32,000 bases of DNA, taken from NCBI RefSeq assembly GCF_001457595.1, contig NZ_LN831039.1:3930001-3962000 (forward strand). The letters are read 5' to 3'. The notes beneath the pieces are model-generated. The model did not search any database, had not been told where the DNA came from, and worked only from the letters and a program-made list of their open reading frames with translations. This document shows, in pieces, positions 29,486 through 32,000 of the stretch; positions within the stretch are counted from its first letter, which is position 1, and each line of letters opens with the position of its first letter. The position numbers were made by a program, and so were the translations under genes. Source of the DNA: Mycolicibacterium smegmatis (GTDB lineage Bacteria; Actinomycetota; Actinomycetes; Mycobacteriales; Mycobacteriaceae).

Positions 29486-30337
29486 TCAGATACGGCCGCG
29501 GCCGAAGTAGATCTCCTGCGTGGCAGAACACACCAGTTCGCCCGACCGGTTGTACATCGTGCCCGAGGCAAGGCCGCGCCCGTGAATACCGCTGGGCGAC
29601 ACCTGGTCTGACAGAACCCAATCCGACAGGTCCGCGGGCCGCTGGAACCACACCGTGTGGTCGATCAGCGCCGAGAACGCCGTGGCCTGCGTCGTGCGCC
29701 GCATCGTCACCGTGGTCTCCAGCAACGACGTACCCGATGCGTAGGTGAGCACACAGCAGTTGAGCACCGGATCGTTCGGAATCGATTCGGCTGGGCGCCA
29801 CCACATCCGGGTGCGTTCCGGAGGTTCGGGCTGATCGAGCGCCAGGCGCGGCGGCGCATCCACGTAGCGCCGCTCGATCCACTGCGGTTTCACCCAGAAG
29901 CCGTCGAGTTCGTCGGCGTAGTCGCTCAGCAACTCACCGACCGACGGCAGGTCCTCGGGTGCGGGGACGTCGGGCATCGGCTGGTGGTAGTCGACCGTGT
30001 CCGCCGTGTCGCTCAGCGAGACCAGGGCCTCGAGCAGCACCTCATCCCCTTGCCGGGCAATCACGCGACGGGTCGACAGCATCCCGCCGTCGCGCATGTT
30101 CATCACCTGCATCTCCACCGGGTACCGCGCGTCGCCGGCCCGTAGCAGATAGACGTGCAGGCTGTTGGGAACCCGCCCGGCCGCGGTGCGGCTCGCCGCC
30201 ATCAGGGCCTGGGCAGATATGTGGCCACCGATGATGTGGTGCGCCTCGTTGTCGATCTGGGTCGCGACGAACATGTCGTGACCACAGTCGGTGATGTCGA
30301 GCGTCGCCAGGACGTCAGCTAATTGCGGCAAGGGCAC
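29486..30337 (-). CDS. tesB: Acyl-CoA thioesterase II (double hot-dog, TesB-like)
   Basis: Similar along its length to E. coli TesB as I remember it (...GGHISAQALMAA..., ...LHVYLLRAGD..., ...IDHTVWFQRP..., ...GRGLASGTMYNRSGELVCSATQE). The start is GTG 30337 or TTG 30331; the upstream 93 codons of the track ORF are Arg/Pro junk. Confidence 0.85.
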   Translation of the reverse strand: MPLPQLADVLATLDITDCGHDMFVATQIDNEAHHIIGGHISAQALMAASRTAAGRVPNSLHVYLLRAGDARYPVEMQVMNMRDGGMLSTRRVIARQGDEVLLEALVSLSDTADTVDYHQPMPDVPAPEDLPSVGELLSDYADELDGFWVKPQWIERRYVDAPPRLALDQPEPPERTRMWWRPAESIPNDPVLNCCVLTYASGTSLLETTVTMRRTTQATAFSALIDHTVWFQRPADLSDWVLSDQVSPSGIHGRGLASGTMYNRSGELVCSATQEIYFGRGRI

Positions 30338-30700
30338 TGCAGCATTATTCGGGTCATGCCCGCGTGGTGCGCGGCGGGGTCTCCGTGCGCTCGATCGTCC
30401 AGCAATCGCAGCATGGTCAGGGCCATGCCGTCGCGCACCAGCCGGCGCGGTTCGGTCAGGTCGAAGCCCAGCTTTGCGCCGAGGTGTTCGACCCGGCGCG
30501 CGACGCTGCGCGGGGCGTTTCGGCTGTTTCTGCCTGACGAGCAGACCGGTGTGTCGGAGGATCCGGTACCGGTGCACTCGGGAACGGCTGCGGTCATCCC
30601 GCGGGGTCGGCGGCATCGGATCGAAGTCGACGAACCCTGCGAGATCCTGGCCTTCACGGCCAGACCGGGAACGCGGTTGGCGAAGCTCGGGGCATGAATG

Positions 30701-30741
30701 ACGAACGCTCTCCTGCGAGCATGCCGCAGGAGAGCGTTCGT
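30701..30741 (-). terminator. 17-bp perfect hairpin immediately 3' of tRNA-Cys (no U-tract)
   Basis: ACGAACGCTCTCCTGCG (30701-30717) pairs with CGCAGGAGAGCGTTCGT (30725-30741) around a 7-nt loop. It begins 6 nt after the tRNA 3' end. Confidence 0.6.
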
Positions 30742-30747
30742 CTGTCG

Positions 30748-30818
30748 AGCGAGTGACGGGACTCGAACCCGTGTAGACGGCTTTGCAGGCCGCTGCCTAG
30801 CCACTCAGCCACACCCGC
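30748..30818 (-). tRNA. tRNA-Cys (anticodon GCA)
   Basis: Folded by hand from the minus strand. Acceptor GCGGGTG/CACTCGC (one G-U). Anticodon stem GCGGC/GCCGT with loop CTGCAAA. T arm ACGGG-TTCGAGT-CCCGT. Discriminator U73, as expected for tRNA-Cys. CCA is not encoded. Confidence 0.9.
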
Positions 30819-31000
30819 AGCATGTCTCACCTTGCCTGTGAACGTTCAAGTGCTCCAGCGTTTGGATCGCCGTGATTGCATCTCGCGCCGGTGACTGGCG
30901 CACGCTCGCGGTCGCCGAGCGTTCGCCGAGTGCTGACGAAATGCGGTGTGTCGGGGTGCAGACGCGCACGGTCGCGGTGCAGAGTGACGCTTCGCACTTG

Positions 31001-31032
31001 CTCGCTCACTCAGTCACTCACTCACTTACTCA
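31001..31032. repeat. Imperfect tetranucleotide tandem repeat (CTCA)n, 8 units
   Basis: Read directly: CTCG CTCA CTCA GTCA CTCA CTCA CTTA CTCA. The last unit contains the MFS gene stop codon (minus-strand TGA at 31032-31030). Confidence 0.85.
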
Positions 31033-32000
31033 GCGGACGGCGCGGATCGAGGCGAGGGTGCCTGCGACGGCGAGGACGGCGAAGGCCGCGAACAGCCAGG
31101 TGGCGGACGAGGGGTTGCCGACGTTGACGAGATTGACCACCACACCGGCCAATCCGGCGCCGAAGGCACCGCAGATCAACTGGACCGTGTTGATCGCGGC
31201 GGCGGCAGCGGGGCCCTCGGCGGGATCGTCGACGCTGCTCATCGCCCACGCCGACAGGTGTGGCCAGGCGATGCCGATGCCTGCGCCGGTGACCAGCAGC
31301 GCGAGGGCCCACAGCACCACGAGCCAGACCGGCATGCCGTTGCGCACCAGCACGGCACCCGCCGCCAGGCCCAGCGCCATCACCAGCGGGGCGACGGCGA
31401 CCATGCGCCGGATGACCTTGCGGTTCTGCAGTGAGGCGCTTGCGATCTCGCCGAACGTCCACCCGACCGAGAGCACCGCGCCGAAGAACCCGGCCACCAC
31501 GGGCGTCATGTGCGCCAGCCGCTGACCGAACAACGGCACGTACATGTCGACCATCGTGGCGGCCATCAGCACACCCAGGCTCATGTAGATCCACTTGAGT
31601 GGGCCAGGCCCGAATGTGCTGGGCGGCAGGACCGATGCGCCCGCGCGCCGGTCGACGACGATGAATGCCACCACGAGAGCGACACCGACGAGCAGCAGGG
31701 CGGCCGTGCCGCGCGGATCGTGCGGGATGCCCGCGACACTGACCGCCATGGCCGCGGATCCGAGCAGTACCAGCGACCACACCGGAATCCCCGGCGGCAC
31801 AAGGGTATCGCTCCCCCGCCCGGGCAGTGCGAGGGGAACCAGCACGGCCATCGCCGCGGTGAGGATCACCAGCACGCCGAACGCCCACCGCCACGAACCG
31901 TACTGCGCGAACAGACCGCCGGATGCCGGGCCGACCACGGTGCCGACACCCCACATCGCGGACACCAGCGCAGATGCCTTGGTCCACAACGTGTTCGGCA
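31030..32000 (-). CDS. MFS transporter, C-terminal part (5' end outside the window; Rv1634-like position)
   Basis: The polytopic hydrophobic sequence contains an MFS-like motif (...GVGTVVGPASGGLFAQYGSWRWAF...). The frame stays open to the window edge. Confidence 0.8.
   Translation of the reverse strand, partial: PNTLWTKASALVSAMWGVGTVVGPASGGLFAQYGSWRWAFGVLVILTAAMAVLVPLALPGRGSDTLVPPGIPVWSLVLLGSAAMAVSVAGIPHDPRGTAALLLVGVALVVAFIVVDRRAGASVLPPSTFGPGPLKWIYMSLGVLMAATMVDMYVPLFGQRLAHMTPVVAGFFGAVLSVGWTFGEIASASLQNRKVIRRMVAVAPLVMALGLAAGAVLVRNGMPVWLVVLWALALLVTGAGIGIAWPHLSAWAMSSVDDPAEGPAAAAAINTVQLICGAFGAGLAGVVVNLVNVGNPSSATWLFAAFAVLAVAGTLASIRAVR

Noticed and set aside
30323-30697. The + strand 124-aa ORF as an intact cupin gene.
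   Set aside because: Only the last ~50 residues look cupin-like and there is no motif 1. The N-terminal two-thirds are Ser/Arg junk and antisense to a PucR-HTH-like reading. It is kept only as a possible remnant (see findings).
30839-30848. Palindrome TGAACGTTCA as a LexA box or as the tRNA-Cys promoter.
   Set aside because: There is no 4-nt spacer, so it is not a GAAC-N4-GTTC box. TTGAAC could serve as a -35, but no acceptable TANNNT -10 follows at 16-19 nt.

Overview
GC-rich actinobacterial chromosome, mycobacterial in type. The backbone gene order matches what I recall for M. tuberculosis Rv1636-Rv1644: USP, MBL hydrolase, uvrA, Rv1639c-like esterase, lysX, then infC-rpmI-rplT-tsnR. The extra genes suggest a fast-growing Mycolicibacterium, M. 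smegmatis-like; that species call is from memory, not a search.

Three parts:
- (1) 0.7-7.9 kb is a divergent catabolic cluster: RidA, IclR and a PfkB/KDG-type kinase on one strand; a fold-type-III PLP deaminase, a D-aminoacylase-type amidohydrolase, KDPG aldolase and a GntP permease on the other. I read it as an (N-acetyl-)D-glucosaminate to KDG to KDPG pathway.
- (2) 7.9-15.4 kb is housekeeping: tsnR-like methyltransferase, rplT, rpmI, infC with an ATC start and a structured leader, DUF1844, lysX, and a membrane esterase.
- (3) 15.4-25.0 kb is a block of ten genes between the esterase and uvrA. The most interesting content is a minus-strand overlapping pair: a 573-aa TPR-like helical-repeat protein and a 400-aa CHAT (caspase-fold) protease. 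It is flanked by a translationally coupled pair of unknown proteins (about 429 and 342 aa) and a small membrane protein gene wedged in convergently. No CRISPR, cas, transposase or integrase is visible.

The rest of the block is an LpqH-type lipoprotein, a small acidic protein, a YcaQ/AlkZ-type winged-helix protein, an SDR and an F420/LLM oxidoreductase. Right of the block are uvrA (TTG start, exact RecA-NDp/PafBC-type promoter motif), an MBL hydrolase, a USP, a TesB-like thioesterase, tRNA-Cys(GCA) with a 17-bp terminator hairpin, a tetranucleotide repeat, and the 3' part of an MFS transporter.

Most other long ORFs in the six-frame track are alternate-frame artefacts of high GC.
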